From NCBI RefSeq assembly GCF_902713615.1, contig NC_052147.1:2976001-3040000 (forward strand): a stretch of 64,000 nt of DNA, written 5' to 3'. The translations under genes were made by a program, and so were the position numbers. Shown one piece after another: positions 23,701 to 34,895 of this stretch. The DNA comes from Scyliorhinus canicula. Taxonomy: Eukaryota. The notes beneath the pieces were generated by a model, which searched no databases, was not told the DNA's origin, and saw nothing but the letters and a program-made list of their open reading frames with translations. Numbering within the stretch: position 1 is the first letter of the stretch; every line of letters starts with the position of its first letter.

Positions 23701-24596
23701 CCTCCCCTCTGGTCGGACAATTGTTATTTCTTCTCCTGAAAGTGCTGACCTGTACTAGGGTTGACTCTGATTGATAAAAGAGTTTAAGGGGACTGGGGGA
23801 GGCAGTGCATCCTAAATGTCTGTACTTTCCAGCAAGATCCACTCACTGCTGATTAGCACAGTAACTCTGTCTGTCTTCCCACCATCGTGCATCACTCTGT
23901 GGCAGAGGTCACCGAGGGCATCTAAAGAATTCTAAGCTCTATCTGGTAGTCTGTGATCAGGTGTCAGTGCACATGACAAGGAATCCAGCCTGATCCTTGT
24001 GCCCGAGTTGCTCTCCACCCTAACGAGCTGAGCCTGCAGGGACTCATTAGATTTAATGACAATTGCATTCTTGTCCCACCCCAGGTATGTCCCAACACCC
24101 AAGAGATCTGTTGTTTGCAGTCAGGCACGAAGAGGTAATAGGGGTGGGGGATGTGTGAGCTAGTTGGCTGTACGCGTGAGGGAGTTTGTGGAAAAATGCT
24201 TTGTTTCTCACTAGAATAGCCCCAGCTGTGCTTGAGGAATTTTGACGTCCTGGGGTTAATTGATGGTGGGGGACATGGTGTAACCAGCAAGAGCAATGTG
24301 ATAACAGATGTCTTTCTGAAAATGATGTCGTGCAATGAGCTGTTTGAGTTGATACTAATTTACTGCATTTTACTGTAATTATTGCAGAGTTCCCATGATT
24401 GGTGAAGGATTGGTCCCTTTTGAGAGTAATCAATGGGGCGTTTGATATTCTAATTACCAGAATTGTGCAAATCCCAGCAGCTTGTTTTTTTTAAAGAATG
24501 TTATTTGCGGGGGGAGGGTGCATTAACTTTCATTATCTGGGTCCAGTTTCCACTCCACCTCTGTTATTGAATTTGGGTTACGTGGGCTCTCAATTT

Positions 24597-24810
24597 TCTT
24601 TTTTCAAATAAATTTAGAGAACCCAATTTTTTTTTCCCCTATTAAGGGGCAATTTAGCGTGGCCAATCCACCTGCACATCTTTGCGTTGTGGGAGGTGAG
24701 ACCCACGCAGACACGGGGAGAATGGGCAAACTCCACACGGACTGTGGGCTGGGATTTGAACCCGTGTCCTCGGCGCCGTGAGGCAGCTGTGCTAACCACT
24801 GTGCCACCCT
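24597..24810 (-). mobile_element. Short poly(A)-tailed V-SINE variant
   Basis: Reverse-complement match to the copies at 43013 and 59349. Confidence 0.85.
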
Positions 24811-25477
24811 GCTTCTCCATTTCCAATTCCTCGTTCAAGTGGCCATTCTTCATTCCCGAGTCACTTGACTATGGAAGGCATCACAGCTGAGCATGGTCCT
24901 GATTCCACAGTGAGCCGTACTCTCATCAAATTGAATACCAGGGAGACCAAAAGCCACGATCTGTTGTCCTCGATGCAAACTGCGTTCCCTCGCCACCAAC
25001 CTTCTGAAACCCTAACCTGTATTTCCATTAACTCCAATATTCCATCACTCACCAGGCCAACCACCAAGTTTCGCACATCTTCACCCATCCAAAATTCTCT
25101 AAACCTACCTCGGGAACCAATATTTTTGGTTACCTGTCCTAATACCATCTTTTCTTTGAATCAGTATCAGTCTTCATCTGATTGCGATACCTTTTACTAG
25201 GTTAAAGCACTTTATAAATACAGGTTGTTATACAAATTCACTCGCTGGAGGAGTTGACAGCGGTTTCCTTCATTGCCAAACCAGCTGAACCATTCTGAGT
25301 GTCTTTTGCTCAGGACCTGTTCTTACTCGGTCTGTGACCCTGCTGAGATCGCCAATGCGGATTCGATTCTTGGACTTGTCTGTATTTGGGTCTTTCCCTG
25401 GTACTGAGCCGCCATCAAGACTGCAAGTCAGTTCAGACTGGTAGTGCCTCGTCCCAGGAGGCCGGGTGACGTCTGGT

Positions 25478-26934
25478 GGGGTGCAGGCAGACCGGGAGAT
25501 GGTGGGGTGCAGGCAGGATGGGAGATGTGGGAGGGGCAGGTAGGATGGGAGATGTGGGAGGGGCAGGCAGGATGGGAGATGTGGGAGGGGCAGGCAGGAT
25601 GGGAGATGTGGGAGGGTGCAAGCAGGATGGGAGATGGTGGGGTGCAGGCAGGATGGGAGATGGTGGGGTGCAGGCAGGATGGGAGATGTGGGAGGGGCAG
25701 GCAGGATGGGAGATGTGGGAGGGGCAGGCAGGATGGGAGATGTGGGAGGGTGCAGGCAGGATGGGAGATGTGGGAGGGTGCAGGCAGGATGGGAGATGGT
25801 GGGGTGCAGGCAGGATGGGAGATGTGGGAGGGGCAGGCAGGATGGGAGATGGTGGGGTGCAGGCAGGATGGGAGATGGTGGGGTGCAGGCAGGATGGGAG
25901 ATGGTGGGGTGCAGGCAGGATGGGAGATGGTGGGGTGCAGGCAGGATGGGAGATGTGGGAGGGGCAGGCAGGCTGGGAGATGTGGGAGGGAGCAGGCAGG
26001 ATGGGAGATGTGGGAGGGGCAGGCAGGATGGGAGATGGTGGGGTGCAGGCAGGATGGGAGATGTGGGAGGGGCAGGCAGGATGGGAGATGGTGGGGTGCA
26101 GGCAGGATGGGAGATGTGGGAGGGGCAGGCAGGATGGGAGATGTGGGAGGGGCAGGATGGGAGATGTGGGAGGTGCAGGCAGGATGGGAGATGGTGGGGT
26201 GCAGGCAGGATGGGAGATGGTGGGGTGCAGGCAGGATGGGAGATGGTGGGGTGCAGGCAGGATGGGAGATGTGGGAGGGGCAGGCAGGCTGGGAGATGGT
26301 GGGGTGCAGGCAGGATGGGAGATGTGGGAGGGGCAGGCAGGATGGGAGATGGTGGGGTGCAGGCAGGATGGGAGATGGTGGGGTGCAGGCAGGATGGGAG
26401 ATGGTGGGGTGCAGGCAGGATGGGAGATGTGGGAGGGGCAGGCAGGATGGGAGACGGTGGGGTGCAGGCAGGATGGGAGATGGTGGGGTGCAGGCAGGAT
26501 GGGAGATGGTGGGGTGCAGGCAGGATGGGAGATGTGGGAGGGGCAGGCAGGATGGGAGATGGTGGGGTGTAGGCAGGATGGGAGATGTGGGAGGGTGCAG
26601 GCAGGATGGGAGATGGTGGGGTGCAGGCAGGATGGGAGATGTGGGAGGGGCAGGCAGGATGGGAGACGGTGGGGTGCAGGCAGGATGGGAGATGGTGGGG
26701 TGCAGGCAGGATGGGAGATGGTGGGGTGCAGGCAGGATGGGAGATGGTGGGGTGCAGGCAGGATGGGAGATGGTGGGGTGCAGGCAGGATGGGAGATGTG
26801 GGAGGGGCAGGCAGGATGGGAGATGTGGGAGGGTGCAGGCAGGATGGGAGATGGTGGGGTGTAGGCTGGATGGGAGATGGTGGGGTGCAGGCAGGATGGG
26901 AGATGTGGGAGGGGCAGGCAGGATGGGAGATGTG
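25478..26934. repeat. G-rich minisatellite with two interspersed 26-28 bp unit types (GCAGGCAGGATGGGAGAT + GGTGGGGT or GTGGGAGGG)
   Basis: Directly visible; ends about 55 nt upstream of TMED8 exon 3. Confidence 0.97.
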
Positions 26935-26987
26935 TGACGGTGCAGCAACTGTTATTTTTGAGTAAGAATGTGTTTTTCTCTTGAGAG

Positions 26988-27096
26988 ATCACAGAATGCA
27001 AGACCGGTGACCGAGGAAGCAGAAGGGAATGATGGAGACGGTTCTGGAATAACAGTGGTGGCGACAACCGAGCCAGAAGATGAAGAACCAGAGCAG
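26988..27096 (+). CDS. TMED8: TMED8 coding exon 3 (RSQNARPVTEEAEGNDGDGSGITVVATTEPEDEEPEQ, phase 2 to 0)
   Basis: Pyrimidine tract TGTTTTTCTCTT, acceptor GAG| needed for phase, donor CAG|GTGTGA, acidic open frame. Exact acceptor uncertain. Confidence 0.6.
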
Positions 27097-27579
27097 GTGT
27101 GAAGTTGAATGACCTGTCACTAGTTCTTTCTGCACCCTTGTATTCTCTATGATTTTTAGTTGAATAGTACGTAAGGCAGCCAGCTATTCCAGTCCCACTC
27201 CAGAGACTCGAGTCCAGAATCTAATCAGGCACTACAGCACTGTAGTACAGAGAGTGTGCTGCCCTGTATGAGGTGCTGGATGGGATGTTTGACCGAGGCT
27301 CCTTCTGCGTTTTCAGTTGGATGCAGAAGATTTTGCAGCCGCTTTTGGAATGGGTACTCCCCGATAGCCTTGGTCAACATTTATCCCTCAGCTGCCATCC
27401 TTAAAAACAGATGATCTGGCCTTTCGTCTTCATTGCTTGCTGTGGGATCTTGCTGTGCACAAGATGGCTGCTTCATTTCCTGCATTACATCAGTGACTAA
27501 ATTTCAACAGAAGAAAGTTTTAAATTTCTTTAGCATCTTTCATGACCTCAGGAAGTCCCAAAGTCCTCTATTCCAATGG

Positions 27580-27860
27580 TTGGCACGGTGGAGGTGGTTA
27601 GCACTGCTGCCTCACAGTGCCAGGGACCCAGGTTCAATTCCAGCCTAGGGTGACTGCCTGTGTGGAGTTTGCACAGCCCGAAGATGTGCAGGTTAGATGG
27701 ATTGGCCATGCCAAATTGCTCCTTAGTGTCCAGGGGTGTGCAGATTAAGTGGGGTTCTGGGGATTGGGTGGAGGAGTGGACCTAGCAAGGGTGCTTGTAG
27801 GGCAGCACGGTGGCGCAGTGTTGTCTCACAGCGCCGAGGTCCCAGGTTCGATCCCGGCTG
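27580..27860 (+). mobile_element. Partial V-SINE followed by a second tRNA-like SINE head (27799-27860)
   Basis: GGCACGGTGG...GGTTCAATTCC head plus body; second head GGGCAGCACGGTGGCGCAG...GGTTCGATCCCGGC. Confidence 0.7.
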
Positions 27861-29424
27861 CAGGGAGGCAGATTCTAAAGCATTGCAATGGGCCCAGGTC
27901 CTGTCTGCACACAAATTCCACCGATCTGTCCTCAGGAATCAGCCTGAGAAACGGCCTCTTCATTCCTGAGCTTTACTGAGTTCTGAGAAAGGCACACAGA
28001 GCTCCCAAAGGAAGAATGGCTGATTGTCAGACAATTCCTGTTTTTGGACAGCTGGATTTGGGAGATCTGCAGCTTGCCCTCAGAATCCCGCTCTTAGCCT
28101 TGGGTCGTTCTAGTGAATCTCTCCTGTGCCCCTCTGAGGCTCATCATTCCTGAATGCTTCAGATCGAGTCTAACCATGGCTCTGCAATGAAGCATAATTT
28201 CTTCAACTTTTGTACTCCCTTGAGCTCCAGTTTTCCATTGACTTTGTCTCGGGTGTCCACTAGTTTTCAACGATTTATGTATCTGAATATCACAGTTCCC
28301 AGTCTCTCCCTGAAGATAATATTCTGATGTCTTCTTTGAATCCAAAATGAATGACCGTACACATTGAAATGCAACTGCTATAGTGTTGTTCAATGACTTA
28401 GTCTATGTATTCCTCAGAATCACCGAATAGTATAACAGAACAAGAGGCTGTTTGGCCCATTGAGTCTGTACTAGCTCTTTTGAAGATCAATCCCGTTAGT
28501 CTCACTCCGCTCTCTGCTCACATCCCTTCAGTTTTCTTTCCCTTTTGGATATTTATTTATTGTCTTTCGTAAATTACTGTTAACCGGTTGCTGTATTCAT
28601 CCTTCACATTTCCCAGTGTGTGTCCTCTGGTAATTGCCGCTTCAGTCATTGGAAACAGTTTCTCTTTCTTATCTACAGCCTTGGTGATTTTAAACTCTTC
28701 TACTCCTCTCCTTCTCTTCTCTCAGACCAACCCCGGCTTCTCCCCTCTAGCCACGTAACTGAAATTCCTGATCGCGGAACCATTCTCTAAAATCCCAGCT
28801 ATGCTCTCTGCAAAGCCTTTGTGTCCTTCTGAAGGAGTGGTGCTTGGAATTGGACACAATACTCCAGATGGGACTAGTTTTATGAGAGTTTAGCGATGAC
28901 TCCTTCACTTCTGTATTCTATGTCTCTGTTTAAAAAGTCCACAGTTCCAATTGCTTCATTAACTACTTTGTTAACTTCCTTATTCCTTCAAAATTTCTAC
29001 ACAAACAGTCGTCAGCCCCTCTCCCTGACGCCCTTTAAAATGAAACCATTCAGTGTTGCCTCTTCTCATGCCACCTATCAAAATGTATCACCGTACAATT
29101 TTCTGTCTTTGATTTAATCTGCAGTGTTTTATTTCAGAAAGCCAATTGGTGAATAATACTGGAACCAATCTTTACTCAGTCTTACATTTATTTGCAGAGT
29201 GAAAAATTACAAGCATACACCTCCAAACCCAAACACTCCAATAAGTGACCCAATTACATGTATTCAAGTGAAACCTCAATTAATGTCTTCGACCTGCATA
29301 TAATTAAACAATTAATATACATAAGCACTATGTGACCACATATGCCACTTGTCTGTGTCCTCTTAAAGTCTATTACTGACTTCCTCACTGTTGACTGCAT
29401 TTACACAATTTATGCCACCTCCTG

Positions 29425-29765
29425 TGGTGGTGGCGTAGGGGTATTGCCTCTGGACTAGTAACCCAGAGATCCAGGGTGATGCTCTGGAGACCCGGGTTCA
29501 AATCCCACCCGGGCAGATGGTGAAATTTGAATTCAATAAAAATCTGGAATTAAAAGTCGAATGATGACCAGGAAATTGTTGTCAATTGTCGTTGAAATCC
29601 ATCTGTTTCACTAATGTCCTTTAGGGAATGAAATCTGCCATCCTTACCCGGTCTGGCCTACATGTGACGTCAGATCCACAGCGATGTGGTTGACTCTTGG
29701 ATGCCCTCCAGAATGGGCAATAAATGCTGGCCCAGCCAGCAACGCCCACATCCCACAAACGAATA
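29425..29765 (+). mobile_element. tRNA-derived SINE of a separate family (tail GGGCAATAAATGCTGGCCCAGCCAGC...)
   Basis: Related copies at 30845-31240 and 43800-44335, partial at 62720-62845 (-). The tail resembles the LINE-like 3' end at 63352-63475. Confidence 0.75.
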
Positions 29766-30690
29766 GAGACAATAAAATGTCAAAACTAGGGCCTATAACC
29801 CAAGTCCAAGTCAAAAATGTTTATCAAAAACTGCAGTGACCCTGGTATTGAAACTGTATATTTCCTGATACCGTTTACAAAATTTTCTGTGACCCCTCAA
29901 CCTATTGTCATCTGTAAACGTGGATAAACAACACACTATTTATTCAGTCAACTCATTTATGATGGTGACTTTTAGAGATCACACAAATCAAAGGATGCTT
30001 CCTTTATCCCTACAATGTCCAACAGCCCAATCAAATTCCAATGCTCGTCACAAAGTTTCCTCCAATTTTGTGCACGCTTATTTTTTGTCAAACTTCTCAC
30101 GAAGAACCTTATCAAATAACTTCTGGAAATCCATGTAGGCATCCATAGATTCTATTAACCTCCAGAATTCATTTGGAATATCCAGACATGATCTGCCCTT
30201 CATAAATCCACATTAACTCTCTTTGATCTGATACTTGCACAAGTTCTCATGTCATTGACTCCAGCAACTTCCCGACAGTTAGCGTTAAATTGACGTGTCT
30301 GTGCATGTCTTCTTTCTCTCTCTCTCTGTCGATAAATAATGGAGTAGCATGGACAATACAAAAGGCAGAATTTTGGAATCGGGGGAAATTTGTGACCAAC
30401 GTACAAGCAATTTCATCAAGTGATTCATTTAATTCCCTGGAACCGAAAAGCATCATCAGGCTTTGGAGCTTTGTCTCTTGGGTCTCATTATTGTCTCCAT
30501 TTTTACTTGTATTAATCCCTCCTGGTGACTTATTTTTAGGTCCTGTCCCAGAATGTGCACTATTGTGGCTTCTAGAACTTACCCGCCCCCGGAGAGGGTT
30601 TTGTGAAGTGAGCTGATTCTTAGACTGAATCGGTTTGGAAAGGTGGTGCTGCACTGATAGTTAGATGCATCTTTTCTTGTTGCCCTTCAG

Positions 30691-30832
30691 GATGTTAAGG
30701 ATAGCAAACCTGGTGACACAGCAGTTGGGGCATATCGGGTCCGCAAAGTCAGCAGTGATTCTGTCATAATTCAGTCTGACCATGGAGGCCCAGAAAAGCT
30801 ACCAGCAGACCCATCAGAAGGTCCCGGGAGAG
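30691..30832 (+). CDS. TMED8: TMED8 coding exon 4 (DVKDSKPGDTAVGAYRVRKVSSDSVIIQSDHGGPEKLPADPSEGPGR, phase 0 to 1)
   Basis: Strong acceptor CTTTTCTTGTTGCCCTTCAG| and donor AG|GTAAGT. YRV..DSVIIQSDH resembles recalled TMED8 YQV..DIVMIQSEH. Confidence 0.85.
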
Positions 30833-30844
30833 GTAAGTGGAAGA

Positions 30845-31240
30845 TGGTGTGGAAATGTCAATGTATTTACAATCCAGAGGCCCAGGCTAAAACACTCTGA
30901 GGGCACGAGTTCAAATCCTATCACGGAAGCTGGTGGAATTTAAATTCGATTAATAAACAAATAAACAAATAAAAAAATCTGCAGCTGAAAGACAGTGCCA
31001 GTAATGGTGACTGTGAAGCTATCATTGTTGTAAAAACACATCTGGTTCACTAAAGTCTTTTAGGGAAGGAAATCTGCCATCCTTGCCTGGTCTGGCCTAC
31101 ACGTGACTCCAGACCCACAGCGATGTGGTAGATTCTCGAATGCCCTCCGAAATGGCCCAGCAAACCACACCGCTCAAGGGCAATTAGAGATGGGCAATAA
31201 ATGCTGGCTCAGCCCAGTGACACCAGTGAAACAATTTTTT
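30845..31240 (+). mobile_element. SINE, same family as 29425
   Basis: Shared GTTCAAATCC B box, CATCTGGTTCACTAA...GGAAATCTGCCATCCTT core and tail. Confidence 0.7.
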
Positions 31241-31245
31241 AAAAA

Positions 31246-31983
31246 GTATCTAACCCCGTGCTGTACCTGTCCTGGGAGTGTTTGATGGGGACAGTGTAGA
31301 GGGAGCTTTACTCTGTATCTAACCCCGTGCTGTACCTGTCCTGGGAGTGTTTGATGGGGACAGTGTAGAGTTAGCTTTACTCTGTATCTAACCCCGTGTT
31401 GTACCTGTCTGGGAGCGTTTGATGGGGACAGTGTAGAGGGAGCTTTACTCTGTATCTAACCCCGTGCTGTACCTGTCTGGGAGCGTTTGATGGGGACAGT
31501 GTAGAGGGAGCTTTACTCTGTATCTAACCCCGTGCTGTACCTGTCCTGGGAGTGTTTGATGGGGACAGTGTAGAGGGAGCTTTACTCTGTATCTAACCCC
31601 GTGCTGTACCTGTCCTGGGAGTATTTGATGGGGACAGTGTAGAGGGAGCTTTACTCTGTATCTAACCCCGTGCTGTACCTGTCTGGGAGCGTTTGATGGG
31701 GACAGTGGAGAGGGAGCTTTACTCTGTATCTAACCCTGTGCTGTACCTGTCCTGGGAGTGTTTGATGGGGACAGTGTAGACGGAGCTTTACTCTGTATCT
31801 AACCCCGTGCTGTACCTGTCTGGGAGTGTTTGATGGGGACAGTGTAGAGGGAGCTTTACTCTGTATCTAACCCCATGCTGTTCCCACCCTGGGAGTGTTT
31901 GCTGGGGGCAGTGTAGAGGGAGCTTTACTCTGTATCTAACCCCGTGATGTACCTGTCCTGGGAGTGTTTGATGAGGGAGCTTT
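31246..31983. repeat. 68-69 bp tandem array (~11 units) TATCTAACCCCGTGCTGTACCTGTCCTGGGAGTGTTTGATGGGGACAGTGTAGAGGGAGCTTTACTCTG
   Basis: Directly visible; period 69 (TAACCCC at 31251 and 31320). Confidence 0.97.
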
Positions 31984-31995
31984 GTCTTAACAAAG

Positions 31996-32305
31996 GGTGG
32001 CACGGTAACGCAATGGTTAGCACTGTTGCTTCACAGCACCAGGGTCCCAGGTTTGATTCCCGGCTTGGGTCACTGTCTGTGCGGAGTCTGCATGTTCTCC
32101 CCGTGTCTGCGTGGGTTTCCTCCGGGTGCTCCGGTTTCCTCCCACAAGTCCCGAAAGACGTGCTGTCAGGTGATTGGACATTCTGAATTCTCCCTCTGTG
32201 ACCCGAACAGGCGCCGGAATGTGGTGACTAGGGGATTTTCACAGCAACTTCATTGCAGTGTTAATGTCAGCCTACTTGTGACAATAAAGATTATTATTAT
32301 TATTA
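31996..32305 (+). mobile_element. Full-length V-SINE with TTTTCACAG..CTACTTGTGACAATAAA(GATTATT) tail
   Basis: Head and V-domain as at 10044 but a different 3' half; near-identical copies at 38203 (-) and 62206 (+). Confidence 0.85.
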
Positions 32306-32511
32306 GAATACATTCAGTGGCATTACCATCACTGAATCCCCTTGATCAGCATCCTGTAGGCTACCATTGACCTGAAATTGAACTGTACTAGCCATATAAA
32401 TATAGGGATGGGCAATAGGTGCTGGCTGAGCCAGCGACGCCCACATCTGGTAAATTAATTTTAAAACTCCCTGAAGTGTGGCCAGCTGTATTTTTCCTGT
32501 TTGCCTTTCAG

Positions 32512-32799
32512 TTGTTCCTGTAATTGATGCTGCGTCCACCTGGATGACCGTGGAGATGAATGAGTTCAAAGAGAAGATACGAAGCCAGAAGGCCGGACTG
32601 ATGAAGGTGAACCGTGGGAACATAGTGACAGTGCGGGTTCCTACCCACCCAGAGGGCACCTGTGTTTGCTGGGACTTTGCCACAGACACCTACGATATCG
32701 GCTTCGGGGTGTACTTTGAGTGGGCGCCTGTGACCAATACAGAAATTACCGTGCTGGTCAGTGAATCGAGCGATGAGGAGGATGAGGAAGATGTAGAAG
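32512..32799 (+). CDS. TMED8: TMED8 coding exon 5, GOLD domain N-terminal half plus acidic tract (phase 1 to 1)
   Basis: RGNIVTVRVPTHPEGTCVCWDFATDTYDIGFGVYFEWAPVTNTEITVLVSESSDEEDEE is the TMED8/ACBD3 GOLD signature. Acceptor TTTCAG|, donor AG|GTAACG. Confidence 0.95.
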
Positions 32800-33435
32800 G
32801 TAACGGACTTTGCAAATGTTTAACCAAGAATAATGTGATGCATCACCAAGTGCTCTGTTTCCCCTATCATCTGACACTGTGTTCTTTACTGCCACAGACA
32901 CAGTGTGCTCTCAATTTTCTCTCTTTGTCTCTCTGTTTCTTTCAGCTTCACCTTTCTCACTCTCGATCATGTTCTGCCTCCCTCATTTTCACTCCGTTTG
33001 CCTCCGATATGTTTTATTTGACAGGGTCAATGCTGACAGATCTGTTGTGTTTCTAGCATTTCCTGGTTTTATTTCAGATTTTCAACATTTGCTGCTTGTT
33101 TTCAACATCTATTTCTCCTCTTTCGACTTGTAAAAGTGGTGAATCTGTGCTCTCAGGATACCCTGTGAATATTTGTTAACTTTCAGTTAGACTTTCCAAT
33201 GAGTTTTGATAGTTTTATCGAATATCAAAATACCCCATTGTGGTTTTTCTTTATAGGAGACATATTTAGTGGGTATGTGAGGGTTTAAAATGAGATGTTT
33301 TGATGCTGCTTTGTTCCTGCTTTTAACTTTACCTCCAAGGGACATTGATTGGTGAGGTGAGAGGGTAATAGTAATAGCAATCTGCCATGTGAGACCTTGC
33401 CAAAAGCCTTCTGAAAGTCTAAGTACGCCACATAT

Positions 33436-33780
33436 GGGGCAGCAGGGTAGCATGGTGGTTAGCATAAATGCTTCACAGCTCCAGGGTCCCAGGTTCGATT
33501 CCCGGCTGGGTCACTGTCTGTGTGGAGTCTGCACGTCCTCCCCCTGTGTGCGTGGGTTTCCTCCGGGTGCTCCGGTTTCCTCCCACAGTCCAAAGATGTG
33601 CGGGTTAGGTGGATTGGCCATGCTAAATTGCCCGTAGTGTCCTAATAAAAGTAAGGTTAAGGGGGGGTTGTTGGGTTACGGGTATAGGGTGGATACGTGG
33701 GTTTGAGTAGGGTGATCATGGCTCGGCACAACATTGAGGGCCGAAGGGCCTGTTCTGTGCTGTACTGTTCTATGTTCTAT
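33436..33780 (+). mobile_element. HE1/V-SINE-type SINE with CR1 tail (GGGCCGAAGGGCCTGTTCTGTGCTGTACTGTTCTATG)
   Basis: Tail closely matches the CR1 3' ends at ~12680-12722 and ~19420-19483. Confidence 0.88.
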
Positions 33781-34895
33781 CCACCGGTTCTCCCTGGTCA
33801 ACTCTACTAATTACATCTTCAAAGAATTCCGGTAGATTTGTCAAGCATGATTTTCCTTTTGTAAATCCATGCTGACTTTGACTGATTATACCACTGCTTT
33901 CCAAATGCTGTGCTATGAAATCCTTGATAATGGACTCCAGCAACTTACCTCCTACCGACGTTAGGCTCACTGGTCTATAGTTCCCTGTTTTCTCTCTACC
34001 TCCCTTTTTGAAAAGCAGGGTTACATTCGCTACCCTCCAATCTGTAGGAACCATTCCGGAGTCGAAAGAATTTTGAAAAATTATCACCAATGTATCTACT
34101 ATTTCTAGGGTCACTTCCTTAAATACTCTGGGATGAAGATTATTAGGCCCTGGAGATTTGTCCGCCTTTAATTCCATTAATTTCCCCAAAATAATTCCTT
34201 TACTAATACTGATTTCCTTCAGCTCCTCACTGAAACTTGTGTTTCTCATTATTCATGTCTTACTCTGTGAAGACAGAAGCAAAATACGATTTAGTTCCTC
34301 AGCCATTTCTTTGTCCCTGTTATGAATTCCCCCATTACTGACTGTAAGGGGCCTACTTTAGTTTTTATCAATCTTTTTCTCTTTACATACCGACAGAAAG
34401 TCTTAGTCAGTTTTTATGTTCACCTCTAGCTGACTTTCAGATTATATTTTCCCTGGGTCACTGTCTGTGTGGAGTTTGCACATTCTCCCCGTGTCTGTGT
34501 GGGTTTCGCCCCACAACCCAAAGATGAGCAGAGTAGGTGGATTGGCCACACTAAACTGCCCCTCAATTGGAAAAAAATAATTGGGTACTCTAAATTTTAA
34601 AAAAAAAATTGTATTTTCCTCTTTTGAAAAAATAAATTCCAATTAAAGAACGACTTAGCGTGGACCTACCCTGCACATCTTTGGGTTGTGGGAGTGAGAC
34701 CCACGCAGACACGGGGAGAATGTGCAAACTCCACACGGACAGTGACCCAGAGCCAGGATCGTTTTCCCCTTCCTAATCTATCCCTTGGTCTGCCTTTGCT
34801 GAATTTTAAACTGTTCTCAATCCTCGGGTCTCTTGCTTTTTCTTGCTAATTTGTATGCCTCAGCTTTGAATCTAATACTATCTCTAATTTCTGTT
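33781..34895 (-). mobile_element. CR1 ORF2 fragment interrupted by two SINE pieces (34455-34608 +, 34622-34761 -)
   Basis: ORF 33770-34249: KSPGP..HPRV, NYRPVSLTS, SQHGFTKGKSCLTN. Confidence 0.9.
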
